Source of the DNA: a virus
Virus record (IMG/VR): IMGVR_UViG_3300044731_001604
Coordinates: 1 to 64,000 of that record
DNA: 64,000 nt
Direction: 5' to 3' (one strand)
In this document: piece by piece, positions 28,118 to 37,366 of the stretch
How positions within the stretch are numbered: the first letter of the stretch is position 1
Layout of the letters: each line of letters starts with the position of its first letter
The notes under the pieces: model-generated
Told to the model about the DNA's origin: nothing
The model's database searches: none
What the model saw: only the letters and a program-made list of their open reading frames with translations
Made by a program: the position numbers and the translations under genes

Positions 28118-30307
28118 TTATGGTTCCATTAACCAACGACGTATGAATATCTTCATGGTAGCGTCATAAGTAGAGTCTGTTGACACATATTGAATTGATA
28201 CTGTAGAACCGTCATTAATAATATTAAAAATGACGCCGGTATCGTTAGTTTCAACATAGTCATCCCAGATTTCTGCTACTGTTTCATTAGAAGCAATTAA
28301 CATTTCTCCGGTTCTCATGTCTGGACCTCGACGAATACCGTAATCCACAACTACGTTAGTGTATTCTGCTGCTGCATAAGTAATAATAGTAACTGGATCT
28401 GATTGATTGTCTAAAAGAGTAATCGTATCTGATAAAGACATTAATTGAAGACCATTTAGATTAATGGCATTATTAACTCCATCCCATTTAAAATGAGAAT
28501 TTGAAGACAATTGACCAGAGCCATTGAATTGAACTTCGCCCTGATTACCAGCAGCACCTAAAGTAGGGCTATAGTAAGATGAATAATTAGGCATTCCGCT
28601 TGGACCGCCATCAGCATCAGACCATCTTTGAGCAAAGTATTTCATTATACCATCTGAACCAGTATCAGTTGTAGAATAGTATAAAGTTATAATGCCGGTA
28701 TCAATTTCAGCATAAAAACTAACGCCAGTAACTTCAGTAGATGAATTATGTTGGGCAACATTGGCAGTTGTTCCGTCTGAAGTTATAGTCAGTTGACCGG
28801 CCTCTTTACCAGTTCCTCTAATAATTGAATAAGAAAGAATAAAGTTTTCTGAACCAGCAACACTTACGGAGAAAATAATTCCATCTGTATTATTAACAAT
28901 TTCTGTTGTTTTAACAGATGTTTGTTCCCAAAAATCTACAGATGTGTCATCAAAATAACGAACAACATCATTAAAAGCAAAGATTGATCCATTGTACATA
29001 CCGATCTGATTACCAAAAATGTCGCCTTTTTGTATGTATATTTGATCACCTTTAGTTGGATTAACTGAATCATTGAAAACACTTTGTATTTCAAAAGAAA
29101 TAGAGGTTCCAACACCACTTATTTTATAAACGCCTGGATCAAAATTCAAATTTGGGAATAGTATTAAATCGCCATTCACCATCGCGACATTATCAACAGT
29201 ATAAGTTGTTCCAGTTGGTATAGCCATTGACAATGGGTCATTTGCAGTTATTTGAATCAATCCACCGCTTGTAGTAGAAGATGAACCTCCTGCTGCAGCA
29301 TTTTGTACAATATCATTTTGTATAATATTAATAATAGTGCCGCCATCATTGAAAACAAATACTTGTCCTAAGTTAATACCAGTTGGATAGTTTGCTTTAA
29401 CAGCAGTTGTTATGCCAGTAGCGTCTGTATCAGCTGAAACTACTAAAAGTTTTCCATCTATTTCATTAAATGAATTAACAGAATTTGCCGCTAAAGTTAC
29501 AGAATACCATCGTCCGTAGCCTGGCGCCACAGTAATTAATGGAGACATAAAGTTATCGCCAAGCGGAGTAACTCCATCTTCTTTATAGATTTGGCCAGTA
29601 AAGAAATTGATTACTGCTCCACTGAAATTTAAAAATTTATTTTGGAAAGCCATTCCAAATTCAGTACCATCAATTGATAACTTGTTTACAGCAGTAACGT
29701 CTACTAAAGTAGAAGCATCCCTTGCTATTAATCTTAATTGTCCAGATGAATCTGTTTCAGAAGAAGCACCAATTGCAGCTAGTATTTCTCTGGAAGTTCC
29801 TTCGATTGTTTTAGATTGGCCTTCAAATAATACCATTGACCCGACATGGAACTCATTACCGCTTTTAAGAGCAACAATAAGAACATCTCTGTCTTGTGGC
29901 AATGTAGAAGTTTGTGCAACGGTAACTGGCAATATAGAACTTACACCAGTTCTGTCTAAAGTTACATAAGCACAATATCCATCGGCTAGACCAGCAATTG
30001 TTTGTGCAGAAATCGTATTTGAAGCCAATGGCCTACCGGGCAATTGTATAAAAGCATCGTCTGATATAGTTAATTCGTCAACACCAGCAATCCACACTCC
30101 GCCTTGAACAAGTTTTGCGTTCTTGTCTTGGAATGCCTCAGTTTGTGATACAGATAGATCTTCCCAAATAGGAAAAATGTCTGTACAAATTCTTAGTCTA
30201 TTAAGATCAGTATTAAAATAAATTTCTCCAACTTTTCCAGTTAATGGATCAGCATTAAGTCGAGGATATAATCTAATAAATTCAAAATTTTTGGTTGGAT
30301 TTGACAT
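28118..30307 (-). CDS. virion structural/fibre adaptor protein
   Basis: anchor-like N-terminus GEIYFNTD; two copies of the C-terminal beta domain shared with 22792 and 33807; AAGNQGEVQFN linker. Confidence 0.7.
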   Translation of the reverse strand: MSNPTKNFEFIRLYPRLNADPLTGKVGEIYFNTDLNRLRICTDIFPIWEDLSVSQTEAFQDKNAKLVQGGVWIAGVDELTISDDAFIQLPGRPLASNTISAQTIAGLADGYCAYVTLDRTGVSSILPVTVAQTSTLPQDRDVLIVALKSGNEFHVGSMVLFEGQSKTIEGTSREILAAIGASSETDSSGQLRLIARDASTLVDVTAVNKLSIDGTEFGMAFQNKFLNFSGAVINFFTGQIYKEDGVTPLGDNFMSPLITVAPGYGRWYSVTLAANSVNSFNEIDGKLLVVSADTDATGITTAVKANYPTGINLGQVFVFNDGGTIINIIQNDIVQNAAAGGSSSTTSGGLIQITANDPLSMAIPTGTTYTVDNVAMVNGDLILFPNLNFDPGVYKISGVGTSISFEIQSVFNDSVNPTKGDQIYIQKGDIFGNQIGMYNGSIFAFNDVVRYFDDTSVDFWEQTSVKTTEIVNNTDGIIFSVSVAGSENFILSYSIIRGTGKEAGQLTITSDGTTANVAQHNSSTEVTGVSFYAEIDTGIITLYYSTTDTGSDGIMKYFAQRWSDADGGPSGMPNYSSYYSPTLGAAGNQGEVQFNGSGQLSSNSHFKWDGVNNAINLNGLQLMSLSDTITLLDNQSDPVTIITYAAAEYTNVVVDYGIRRGPDMRTGEMLIASNETVAEIWDDYVETNDTGVIFNIINDGSTVSIQYVSTDSTYDATMKIFIRRWLMEP

Positions 30308-30318
30308 AATATTATCCT

Positions 30319-30996
30319 TTATATTTTAACTATCCACTTTTGGACTAAGTATGGTTGCATGTTATTGTGTTTGTTTACTGCTGATGCAGGTGTAGAATTG
30401 GCCAAATCCCCAGTCAGTGTGTGAGAATGGGCACCGCTTATACTGCTTGCTCCGGCATCAGCCTGGCCGCTAGGTGTTGAATAGAAATAATATCCATAAT
30501 CTGTAGCGCCACTAAAATACCATGACATATCTGTTTTATAAGATGGATTTAATGAAGTTATATCATTTGATTGTTCTACCGAAAACGTAATAGGGTCAGT
30601 GTCTTTCATAAACATATAATGCTTATGTTCACCTGCGTAATCTAAAGTAATAGTGCTTGTATTGTGAGAATGAGTTGGATTTCCAATTTCATCAGCAGTT
30701 AATTGATGCTTCTCGGCACCATTAAAACTTCCGAGAATTCTGGTTACAGAACCAGACACTGGGTCAGTGTAAGTACCAGCACCAATTACTGTTCTTCCAA
30801 TCATGTTAGGAAGATTTGCACCAAATATACTATATAATAGTGGGTATTGAGCCTGTGTAATCGCAGACCCATCTAATTCTAACCAACCAGATGGAATGGT
30901 AGCCATGGACCATACTTTAATAGTTCCAGATGGCTCTAAACCTTCGCCTTTTTTTATTGAATGATTATTTGTGGTTAATCCTGATCTTTTTGCCAT
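30319..30996 (-). CDS. tail collar-domain fibre tip protein
   Basis: IPSGWLELDG...LPNMIGR; HSH/HKH/HSH; HNNMQPY. Confidence 0.8.
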   Translation of the reverse strand: MAKRSGLTTNNHSIKKGEGLEPSGTIKVWSMATIPSGWLELDGSAITQAQYPLLYSIFGANLPNMIGRTVIGAGTYTDPVSGSVTRILGSFNGAEKHQLTADEIGNPTHSHNTSTITLDYAGEHKHYMFMKDTDPITFSVEQSNDITSLNPSYKTDMSWYFSGATDYGYYFYSTPSGQADAGASSISGAHSHTLTGDLANSTPASAVNKHNNMQPYLVQKWIVKI

Positions 30997-30997
30997 A

Positions 30998-31735
30998 TTA
31001 CACCTTTATAATCCATTTTTGTACTATATATGGCTGCATATTATTATGCGCAGTTGCTAATTCAGATATGCTTGTAAAAGATAAATCAGTATTAGGACCT
31101 GTGTGCGTATGTTGACCAGAACTATTATATCCAGAGCCAACAGCATACGATGTTTGTATTCTTGATGGCTCAAGTCCAGTATAAATACCAAGAACTGATG
31201 AAAAAGAAACTTTTGAAGCAGCGCCACCAAAAACCATACCGCCCATTAATGAATATGCAACATTGCCATAATTTGGAACTGTGTGAAATTCAATTATTCC
31301 AGTTCCAAAATATTTTGACATTGTATAGTGTGTATGATTTCCTGCCGATACTGAAAGCACAGACCCTCTTGCATGCGAATGGGCAACTTCTCCTGATTCT
31401 GCATTTAATACTTTGTGCTTTTCAGCGCCATTTGAAGTTCCTAAAAATCTAATGACTGAACCAGACACTGGGTCAGTGTAAGTACCAGAACCAATTGGAA
31501 CTCTCCCTGCCAAATTGGGAAGATTAAAATGTGAACTGTCTGCAGATCCGTAAATTGTACCTAAAATAGAAAACAGTCTAGCGTAATCAGTTCGAGATAA
31601 AGATGATCCATCTAATTCTAACCAACCAGATGGAATAGTAGCTCCGCCCCAACAAATTACTGTTCCTGTAGTAACTGCACCGTCTGTTATTTGTATTGAT
31701 TGAGTTGTTGTATTTAATCCAAGTCTTGCTGCCAT
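30998..31735 (-). CDS. tail collar-domain fibre tip protein
   Basis: IPSGWLELDG..LSRTDYARLF..FNLPNLAGR; HSH/HTH; HNNMQPY. Confidence 0.82.
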   Translation of the reverse strand: MAARLGLNTTTQSIQITDGAVTTGTVICWGGATIPSGWLELDGSSLSRTDYARLFSILGTIYGSADSSHFNLPNLAGRVPIGSGTYTDPVSGSVIRFLGTSNGAEKHKVLNAESGEVAHSHARGSVLSVSAGNHTHYTMSKYFGTGIIEFHTVPNYGNVAYSLMGGMVFGGAASKVSFSSVLGIYTGLEPSRIQTSYAVGSGYNSSGQHTHTGPNTDLSFTSISELATAHNNMQPYIVQKWIIKV

Positions 31736-31736
31736 A

Positions 31737-32423
31737 TTAAACCTTCACTATCCATCTTTGAACTAAATATGGTTGCATATTGTTATGTGAATTTGCTGCA
31801 TTGGCAGCAGCTGAAGACATAACGCCCCCCGAAGTCACATGATAATGATTACCAGAAGTTGAGCTAGCCCCTCTATCTGCGGCAGATTCGTGTCCTCTTA
31901 TTGAATAAGCAAACCATGCACCAAAATCACTGTAATGTAAAGCTAATGGCAGATTTTCATTTGGATACACGGCTGGGTCTACATTCGTCTGAGATGTGCT
32001 ATGGTACACTCCATAATGTTGATGGCTATTTGATGAAACAGAATTTACATTTATGTTGTGTTTGTGTTGAACCAATGCACTTTCTGCTGAAAGCAATAAA
32101 TGTTTTTCAGCACCATTCGATGCACCTAATACTCTAGTTACAGAACCAGATACTGGATCAGTATAAGTACCAGCACCAACTGGAACTCTGCCAACCAAAT
32201 TTGGAATACCAAAAGTTGTTGAACCGTCACCAGCTCCATAAGTTGTACCGTATATACCAAAAAGATTTGGATACAAAGTCCTTGAAACTGGTATACCATT
32301 ACACTCTATCCACCCAGGAGGATAGACATTTGAAGACCACGGCTTTACAGTCCCTGGCTTTTCGTAACCAAGGTGGCCTTGCATTGTAGAGTTATTTATA
32401 TTTAAACCTGATCTTGCTGCCAT
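31737..32423 (-). CDS. tail collar-domain fibre tip protein
   Basis: PPGWIECNG..VSRTLYPNLF..YG.GDGSTTFGIPNLVGR; HKH/HQH/HYH; HNNMQPY. Confidence 0.85.
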   Translation of the reverse strand: MAARSGLNINNSTMQGHLGYEKPGTVKPWSSNVYPPGWIECNGIPVSRTLYPNLFGIYGTTYGAGDGSTTFGIPNLVGRVPVGAGTYTDPVSGSVTRVLGASNGAEKHLLLSAESALVQHKHNINVNSVSSNSHQHYGVYHSTSQTNVDPAVYPNENLPLALHYSDFGAWFAYSIRGHESAADRGASSTSGNHYHVTSGGVMSSAAANAANSHNNMQPYLVQRWIVKV

Positions 32424-33577
32424 TATGTGTCTTCACAATCCAAATCTGCGTTGTTAGAACCAACATAGTTTATACCAATTTTATTAGTAGAAACTACGTC
32501 ATTAAAAGCGCAATCATTTATTCTATTATTCGATCCGTTAACTAATGCACCGACAGTTGATGTATTATTAGTTGAATTAGTTAAGTTAATACGGCAATCT
32601 CTAATTCTGCAATAGTTTCCGGTTACAAGAACTGTATAGCTATTGTGCCCAGCTAATGTCTCAATGTTTAAACCGTCTAAAATACATCTGTTACCTAATT
32701 CAATATATCCGCCAGATGCAATTTTAATAGCGCCAGAATCAACTGAGCTTGAAAGTTTGTCCATTCCTCGACCTAAAATTTTAATGCCATTAGTTAAAGT
32801 AACGCCAGAAGATATGGTAAAAGTTTTCGTTATAAGAATAATTCCGCCACCCAAAGCAGTTAAGTCTGTGATAGCTTGTTGTAATTCTGTTTGATTAGAA
32901 GCAAATTTTTCTGGATAAGCAGTTGCGCCAGAAACTAAAACTGCTCCCAATTGAGAAGTAGTTCCTGCTGGCCACATGATACCATGCGGAACAAATAACA
33001 AGTCGTTACCGCGTCTTAAGGCCAATGGAATACTAAATATTGAAGACGAACCAGTAGTAGTTATTTCAAGTTTTGGCATTGCAGTAGACATAGGTTGCTT
33101 AACAACTCTAAATCCAGTGCTAGTTGAACCGCCGTTAATTCCGTTTTCAAGATTGAAAGAACTTCCTTGGTCAACTAACAATGCAGAATCTAATTCTAGA
33201 TAAACTAATTCGCCGTCAGCGATATCAATGTATTCAAAAGTTGTAAGCGTGTTTGTAGCTCCACCTTGAAGTCTTAATACCATAGAGCTATTTACAGAAC
33301 CTTCAGTTGCTAATATTTCCATGCTCATAGAATTAACAAGAGTGTTGGCATCGAAACGAAGCTGTGTTCCAGTCCAAGTGATTTGACCACCTTCAGAATG
33401 AAGTATGTAATTAGTTTTTCTAGACAATTCAGCGATTGCTTTAAAAGTATTTTCTAAAGTAACTAAAGCGTTTTCCTGCTCATCAGAGTTAGCTAAAAAA
33501 GGAATTTGTCTGTCGATTGCTATTTCTGATAATTTAGTATTGCCTTGATTTTTGGGCTGATTAGAATCGTAACTCAT
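32423..33577 (-). CDS. tail spike-like protein with C-terminal beta-helix
   Basis: LQQAI..L...GGGIILI start of a pectin-lyase-like beta-helix; LVTGNYCRIRDC / LVNGSNNRINDC repeats. Confidence 0.6.
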   Translation of the reverse strand: MSYDSNQPKNQGNTKLSEIAIDRQIPFLANSDEQENALVTLENTFKAIAELSRKTNYILHSEGGQITWTGTQLRFDANTLVNSMSMEILATEGSVNSSMVLRLQGGATNTLTTFEYIDIADGELVYLELDSALLVDQGSSFNLENGINGGSTSTGFRVVKQPMSTAMPKLEITTTGSSSIFSIPLALRRGNDLLFVPHGIMWPAGTTSQLGAVLVSGATAYPEKFASNQTELQQAITDLTALGGGIILITKTFTISSGVTLTNGIKILGRGMDKLSSSVDSGAIKIASGGYIELGNRCILDGLNIETLAGHNSYTVLVTGNYCRIRDCRINLTNSTNNTSTVGALVNGSNNRINDCAFNDVVSTNKIGINYVGSNNADLDCEDT

Positions 33578-33807
33578 TATTCCCCCCTAAGAAATTTGGA
33601 GATATCAATATTTGCAGCAGTGACTGTTTCGATAGCGTTAGCATTGGCTGGTTCAAATGTAGTAGTCAATATGTCCACTGGAAAAATTATATTCCCAGGG
33701 ATACTTCGTAAAGCCTCAAGCTCTCTAATTCTAGCATCTTTAAGTTCTAAAAGCTTGGTAAGCTCAACAACTTGCTCTCGTAGTAATTGTTCAATTGGAC
33801 TGCTCAT
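33577..33807 (-). CDS. small coiled-coil protein
   Basis: TAATG-coupled on both sides. Confidence 0.6.
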   Translation of the reverse strand: MSSPIEQLLREQVVELTKLLELKDARIRELEALRSIPGNIIFPVDILTTTFEPANANAIETVTAANIDISKFLRGE

Positions 33808-34454
33808 TAGAATCCTTTTAAAACATATTTAAGAGTGAGTGGAACCCCTTCTAGATCAGAAGTATATTTTAATTTAACGCTTCCAGATTCCATAACAATA
33901 GAGAGCCAAGCGCTTACATCGTTACCGATTTCTGTAAAGGAATGATCATAAGCAACGGAGCTAAAGCCGTCATTTAATATGTTGAAATCGCCTTTTCTTT
34001 TACGGCCATTACCAGTAGTTCTTTGTAATGTGTATTCGATATTTGCAAATGGTTTAGATGAACCAACGAAAACCAAAGCATCTGCTAACGTAGCTTGGCC
34101 ATCTACTAAGGTGATTGTTAACGGAACTTCGCCGACGCCAGTCCAAATGTTAGCAGCTCTTTGATAAATAGTTGAAGAAGACCCTTGAATAACAATAGCT
34201 ACATCGCCATCTTTTGTTCCGGTATATAATACTTCCCAACTGTTTGGGTTAGTATCGGGCTGTAGACCTACGTTTGAATTTACTTTGGAACGGTACATCT
34301 TTCCAGAGTATTCTAAGCAATTATATTGTGAGTAAGTAGTTGAAACATCCCAGTAATCTACTAGGTTGTTTGAAGAAAATACAATAGCAGCGTTCGCGTT
34401 ATCGGTTAAAGAACCTCGACCTAAAGCTAATGAGTCTATTTTTTGTAATGCCAC
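33807..34454 (-). CDS. virion protein with CBM5/12-like motif and shared C-terminal beta domain
   Basis: WDVSTTY...YSGKMYRS...PDTNPNSWE; GTG start with GAGGAG RBS. Confidence 0.65.
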   Translation of the reverse strand: MALQKIDSLALGRGSLTDNANAAIVFSSNNLVDYWDVSTTYSQYNCLEYSGKMYRSKVNSNVGLQPDTNPNSWEVLYTGTKDGDVAIVIQGSSSTIYQRAANIWTGVGEVPLTITLVDGQATLADALVFVGSSKPFANIEYTLQRTTGNGRKRKGDFNILNDGFSSVAYDHSFTEIGNDVSAWLSIVMESGSVKLKYTSDLEGVPLTLKYVLKGF

Positions 34455-34525
34455 TTTACTCCTCTCTTTGGGACCATCTGGGCCAAAAGACCAACAAGCA
34501 TTTCTGATTGCAGGAATTATCTATA

Positions 34526-34537
34526 AGATTAGGTTAA
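34526..34537 (-). promoter_or_regulatory. putative phage late promoter motif
   Basis: TTAACCTAATCT on - strand. Confidence 0.55.
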
Positions 34538-34580
34538 ACTGCTATATATTACAATATATTAGGGTATATGGCATTTCAGG

Positions 34581-34609
34581 TTGATTTTATTCAAGTTTTG
34601 TGGTAATAT
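34581..34609 (+). promoter_or_regulatory. sigma70-like promoter driving the small-gene array
   Basis: TTGATT-17bp-TAATAT with extended TG. Confidence 0.6.
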
Positions 34610-34689
34610 TATTAGGTGGTGCCGCATACAAAGTTGCTCAAACAATTTGTGCGGAATTGCATTAACATCATTAAGTTATGGAAATAATT

Positions 34690-34869
34690 ATGGAATTATA
34701 TAAGCTTTTAGTTGTTAGAAATAGAGAAAAGAAGGTTATTGCCGAAAACTTGAGCAAAGAAGAGGTGTCTGTAGCAAAGACAGATTGGGCAACTATTTAT
34801 AATAACGACGTTTATTTCGATCCAGTTCCAGTGTTATTGGTTGAAGTGCAGCGTGAGGGTGAAGAATGA
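34690..34869 (+). CDS. leader gene of the array (no KRxQ tag; start 34678 or 34690)
   Basis: ORF after promoter, ATGA-coupled to member 1. Confidence 0.6.
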   Translation: MELYKLLVVRNREKKVIAENLSKEEVSVAKTDWATIYNNDVYFDPVPVLLVEVQREGEE

Positions 34870-35066
34870 GGAAACGCGAGCAGGCAGAAGTACATAACGC
34901 CTTGTTCTATCAAGTAAGGTACATTCTAGATGTAATTCAAGAACCTGAAGAAGTTACAGAATATACTATTATGGATATCTTGTTAGATAATCGACTCAGA
35001 CCTGTTGATGTTGCTGAGTTGCAAAAGCAAGTAAGATATTTTATTGCGAATCGGAATATAAGGTAA
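34866..35066 (+). CDS. KRxQ-array member 1
   Basis: MRKREQAE. Confidence 0.75.
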   Translation: MRKREQAEVHNALFYQVRYILDVIQEPEEVTEYTIMDILLDNRLRPVDVAELQKQVRYFIANRNIR

Positions 35067-35070
35067 ATAT

Positions 35071-35268
35071 ATGGTCAAAAGAAGGCAGCTAAGTGATTTT
35101 CTTAAAAAGTATCTCTACAATAAGCTTTATAGCCAGTCTATGATCACAACTGAATACGTTTGGGACAAAGTATGGTACAGCACTAGACCTGATCTCTACC
35201 TATTGCTTCATGTTAATATCGAAATAGAAATTACTAAACACATAAGACAAATTAAGGCCACTAAATGA
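35071..35268 (+). CDS. KRxQ-array member 2
   Basis: MVKRRQLS. Confidence 0.75.
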   Translation: MVKRRQLSDFLKKYLYNKLYSQSMITTEYVWDKVWYSTRPDLYLLLHVNIEIEITKHIRQIKATK

Positions 35269-35456
35269 GGAAAAGAGACCAGATTGATGATTCTAAATTT
35301 TTTTGGCGATTAGTTGACCGCACCTTATCTTGGCGCATAGACGATGAACTTGGGGCATATCTTAGATGGCAATTTCGCGACAATTTAGATGATAACCTTT
35401 ACTATCACTTGTATAGACACATAAGCGATTTCTTAAGGCAAGAGGAATTAAAATGA
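35265..35456 (+). CDS. KRxQ-array member 3
   Basis: MRKRDQID. Confidence 0.75.
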   Translation: MRKRDQIDDSKFFWRLVDRTLSWRIDDELGAYLRWQFRDNLDDNLYYHLYRHISDFLRQEELK

Positions 35457-35632
35457 GAAGAAGAAATTCAATTGATGCATACCATAGACTATTGCTCTCT
35501 CTTGCTAAGAATTCAGGTAAAGTCGTAAAAGATGACTATTTTAACAGACTTATGGATATAGTTCGCGAAGGGGCTAACCAAGAAATGAAAATTAAGCTCT
35601 ATGCCTATTTAAAAGATGTGAGGTCAAAATGA
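35453..35632 (+). CDS. KRxQ-array member 4 (59 aa, not in ORF track)
   Basis: MRRRNSIDAY...LKDVRSK; ATGA overlaps on both sides. Confidence 0.7.
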   Translation: MRRRNSIDAYHRLLLSLAKNSGKVVKDDYFNRLMDIVREGANQEMKIKLYAYLKDVRSK

Positions 35633-35811
35633 AGAAACATATTCACATGGACGACATGTTTTATATAAAAATGCATACAGCCATAAAGTCTAGATTAGAT
35701 GATAGTTTGTACGATAGATTGTATTTTATATTTTTAGACGACAAGATGAATTGCATTAGGCGTGAATTGAGAAGACATATAGCAAATTCTCTCGTAAGAT
35801 GGCACAGATGA
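35629..35811 (+). CDS. KRxQ-array member 5
   Basis: MKKHIHMD. Confidence 0.7.
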   Translation: MKKHIHMDDMFYIKMHTAIKSRLDDSLYDRLYFIFLDDKMNCIRRELRRHIANSLVRWHR

Positions 35812-35987
35812 GAAAACGAGAATTTATTGAAAAAAATTTTCATGAAAAAATCTATGAAAAATACCACGATCAACTTGATGCAAATTTGCATTTTAAATTA
35901 CACCAAAAAATATACCACGAACTACGTGAAGACATTTATTGGGAATTATATAAACAAGTTAGGAACATAGTAGCTAATTGGAGCTAA
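35808..35987 (+). CDS. KRxQ-array member 6
   Basis: MRKREFIE; ATGA overlap places the start at 35808. Confidence 0.75.
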   Translation: MRKREFIEKNFHEKIYEKYHDQLDANLHFKLHQKIYHELREDIYWELYKQVRNIVANWS

Positions 35988-35988
35988 T

Positions 35989-36174
35989 GTGAAGAAACGT
36001 AAGCAATTAGATAAATTCTTTTTCAGAACACGAATGAGGTTGAATAAAGACATACCATTTCGTTTATATTCTAGTGGCCGCGTAAATCATTATATTGATT
36101 CATCTTTGACAAACAATTCTGTATGTAGCGGTATTATATTGTTAATTAAATCAGAAATCGAGGGCGAAGAATGA
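35989..36174 (+). CDS. KRxQ-array member 7
   Basis: GTG start, MKKRKQLD. Confidence 0.75.
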   Translation: MKKRKQLDKFFFRTRMRLNKDIPFRLYSSGRVNHYIDSSLTNNSVCSGIILLIKSEIEGEE

Positions 36175-36383
36175 GGAAGAGGGAGAGGGCCAACCTTCAG
36201 GTTAGAAGGTTAGTAGATTACATACCATGCGATATACTTACGGCTGGGTTAACAAGCAGAATCAGCTTTAAAGCCGCTGATATGTATGATATACTTAAAG
36301 TGGGTATTATTAATAGGCTTATACATTGCATACAAGACTATGATTCAAAAAAGGCATCAAATGAGGCGAAGAGAAATACTTAA
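36171..36383 (+). CDS. KRxQ-array member 8
   Basis: MRKRERAN. Confidence 0.7.
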   Translation: MRKRERANLQVRRLVDYIPCDILTAGLTSRISFKAADMYDILKVGIINRLIHCIQDYDSKKASNEAKRNT

Positions 36384-36570
36384 CCAGCAGTTTTATATTT
36401 GGAACGAAAGCCAATGGATTGATAAGCTTTGGTATCAACTTGGAAGCGAGAGAACTAAGGTATTGATACCATTTATTAAAAACCATATTGGTGTTGAACT
36501 TAAAGAACAGATATATGGACAGCTTAAGTGTAATTTGAGATTACATGTAAGAAATACTGAAGGGATTTAA
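36361..36570 (+). CDS. KRxQ-array member 9
   Basis: MRRREILN; internal ATG of the track ORF 36286..36570. Confidence 0.7.
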   Translation: MRRREILNQQFYIWNESQWIDKLWYQLGSERTKVLIPFIKNHIGVELKEQIYGQLKCNLRLHVRNTEGI

Positions 36571-36571
36571 G

Positions 36572-36751
36572 ATGATAAAAAGAATTCCTATTTCTAGTGA
36601 AAAGATTAGCGATAAGCTTTTTGATATGGTGTATAGTCAACCTTATTATGGAATGCGAAAGCGTATTCGTAATCAACTTAGTGTTAAGCTCAGTAACCAA
36701 TTATATCAGGAATTGATTTTGCCTATTGCCTATCAAAAGAGGGTTAATTAA
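36572..36751 (+). CDS. KRxQ-array member 10 (59 aa, not in ORF track)
   Basis: MIKRIPIS...YQKRVN. Confidence 0.7.
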   Translation: MIKRIPISSEKISDKLFDMVYSQPYYGMRKRIRNQLSVKLSNQLYQELILPIAYQKRVN

Positions 36752-36752
36752 T

Positions 36753-37001
36753 ATGAAAAAGCGAAAACAGTTGGAGAATCAGTTCGGGTATCAGTTGGGG
36801 TATGAGTCGGTGAATCAGTTGGTGAATCAGTTGAGGTATCAGTTGGTGTATCAGTTGGTGTATCAGTTGGTGTATCAGTTGGAGAATCAGTTGGTGAATC
36901 AGTTGGAGAATCAGTTGAGGTATCAGTTGAGGTATCAGTTGAGGGATCAGTTGGTGAATCAGTTGAGAAAAACTGAAACTGTTTACAAGAGGGTTAATTA
37001 A
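36753..37001 (+). CDS. KRxQ-array member 11, body encoded by a 12-bp tandem repeat
   Basis: MKKRK(QLxx)17...YKRVN. Confidence 0.7.
   Translation: MKKRKQLENQFGYQLGYESVNQLVNQLRYQLVYQLVYQLVYQLENQLVNQLENQLRYQLRYQLRDQLVNQLRKTETVYKRVN
36768..36971 (+). repeat. 17 x 12-bp tandem repeat
   Basis: consensus CAGTTG(GTG/AGG/GAG)(T/A)AT. Confidence 0.95.
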
Positions 37002-37002
37002 T

Positions 37003-37185
37003 ATGAAAAAGCGAAAACAAATTGCAGACATATCATTTAATGTTTTCAGAGAAGCATTTATTACACAGATTTATAAAAAAAGTGACTTAAAGTATAATTG
37101 CATAATTGATGAGCAACTGACCTCTAAATTAGTAAATCAGACTCTTGGATATCAAATACGATACTTGATTATAGGTTTGTTCTAA
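37003..37185 (+). CDS. KRxQ-array member 12
   Basis: MKKRKQIA. Confidence 0.75.
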   Translation: MKKRKQIADISFNVFREAFITQIYKKSDLKYNCIIDEQLTSKLVNQTLGYQIRYLIIGLF

Positions 37186-37365
37186 ATGGTTAAAAGAATC
37201 CCACTCAAAGACGGATTATATGTTAAAATAGACAGTGCTTTTAACTGCCAGTTAGAGTACAAAGTCTATACGCTGCTTCGTGAAAAGCTTTTCGTTGTTC
37301 TTTGGGACGAAATTAGGGATCAACTTGAAAGAAATGTCAGAATATCTTTAAAAAACAGGGCATAA
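37186..37365 (+). CDS. KRxQ-array member 13 (59 aa, not in ORF track)
   Basis: MVKRIPLK...LKNRA. Confidence 0.7.
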   Translation: MVKRIPLKDGLYVKIDSAFNCQLEYKVYTLLREKLFVVLWDEIRDQLERNVRISLKNRA

Positions 37366-37366
37366 G

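Larger units (their letters stand above)
36737..37019 (+). repeat. exact 33-bp direct repeat pair (36737-36769 and 36987-37019)
   Basis: AAGAGGGTTAATTAATATGAAAAAGCGAAAACA twice, 250 bp apart. Confidence 0.92.

Noticed and set aside
36744-37031. - strand ORF with (QLIH/QLIP)n
   Set aside because: Antisense shadow of the 12-bp repeat; the + strand frame carries the family tag and RBS.
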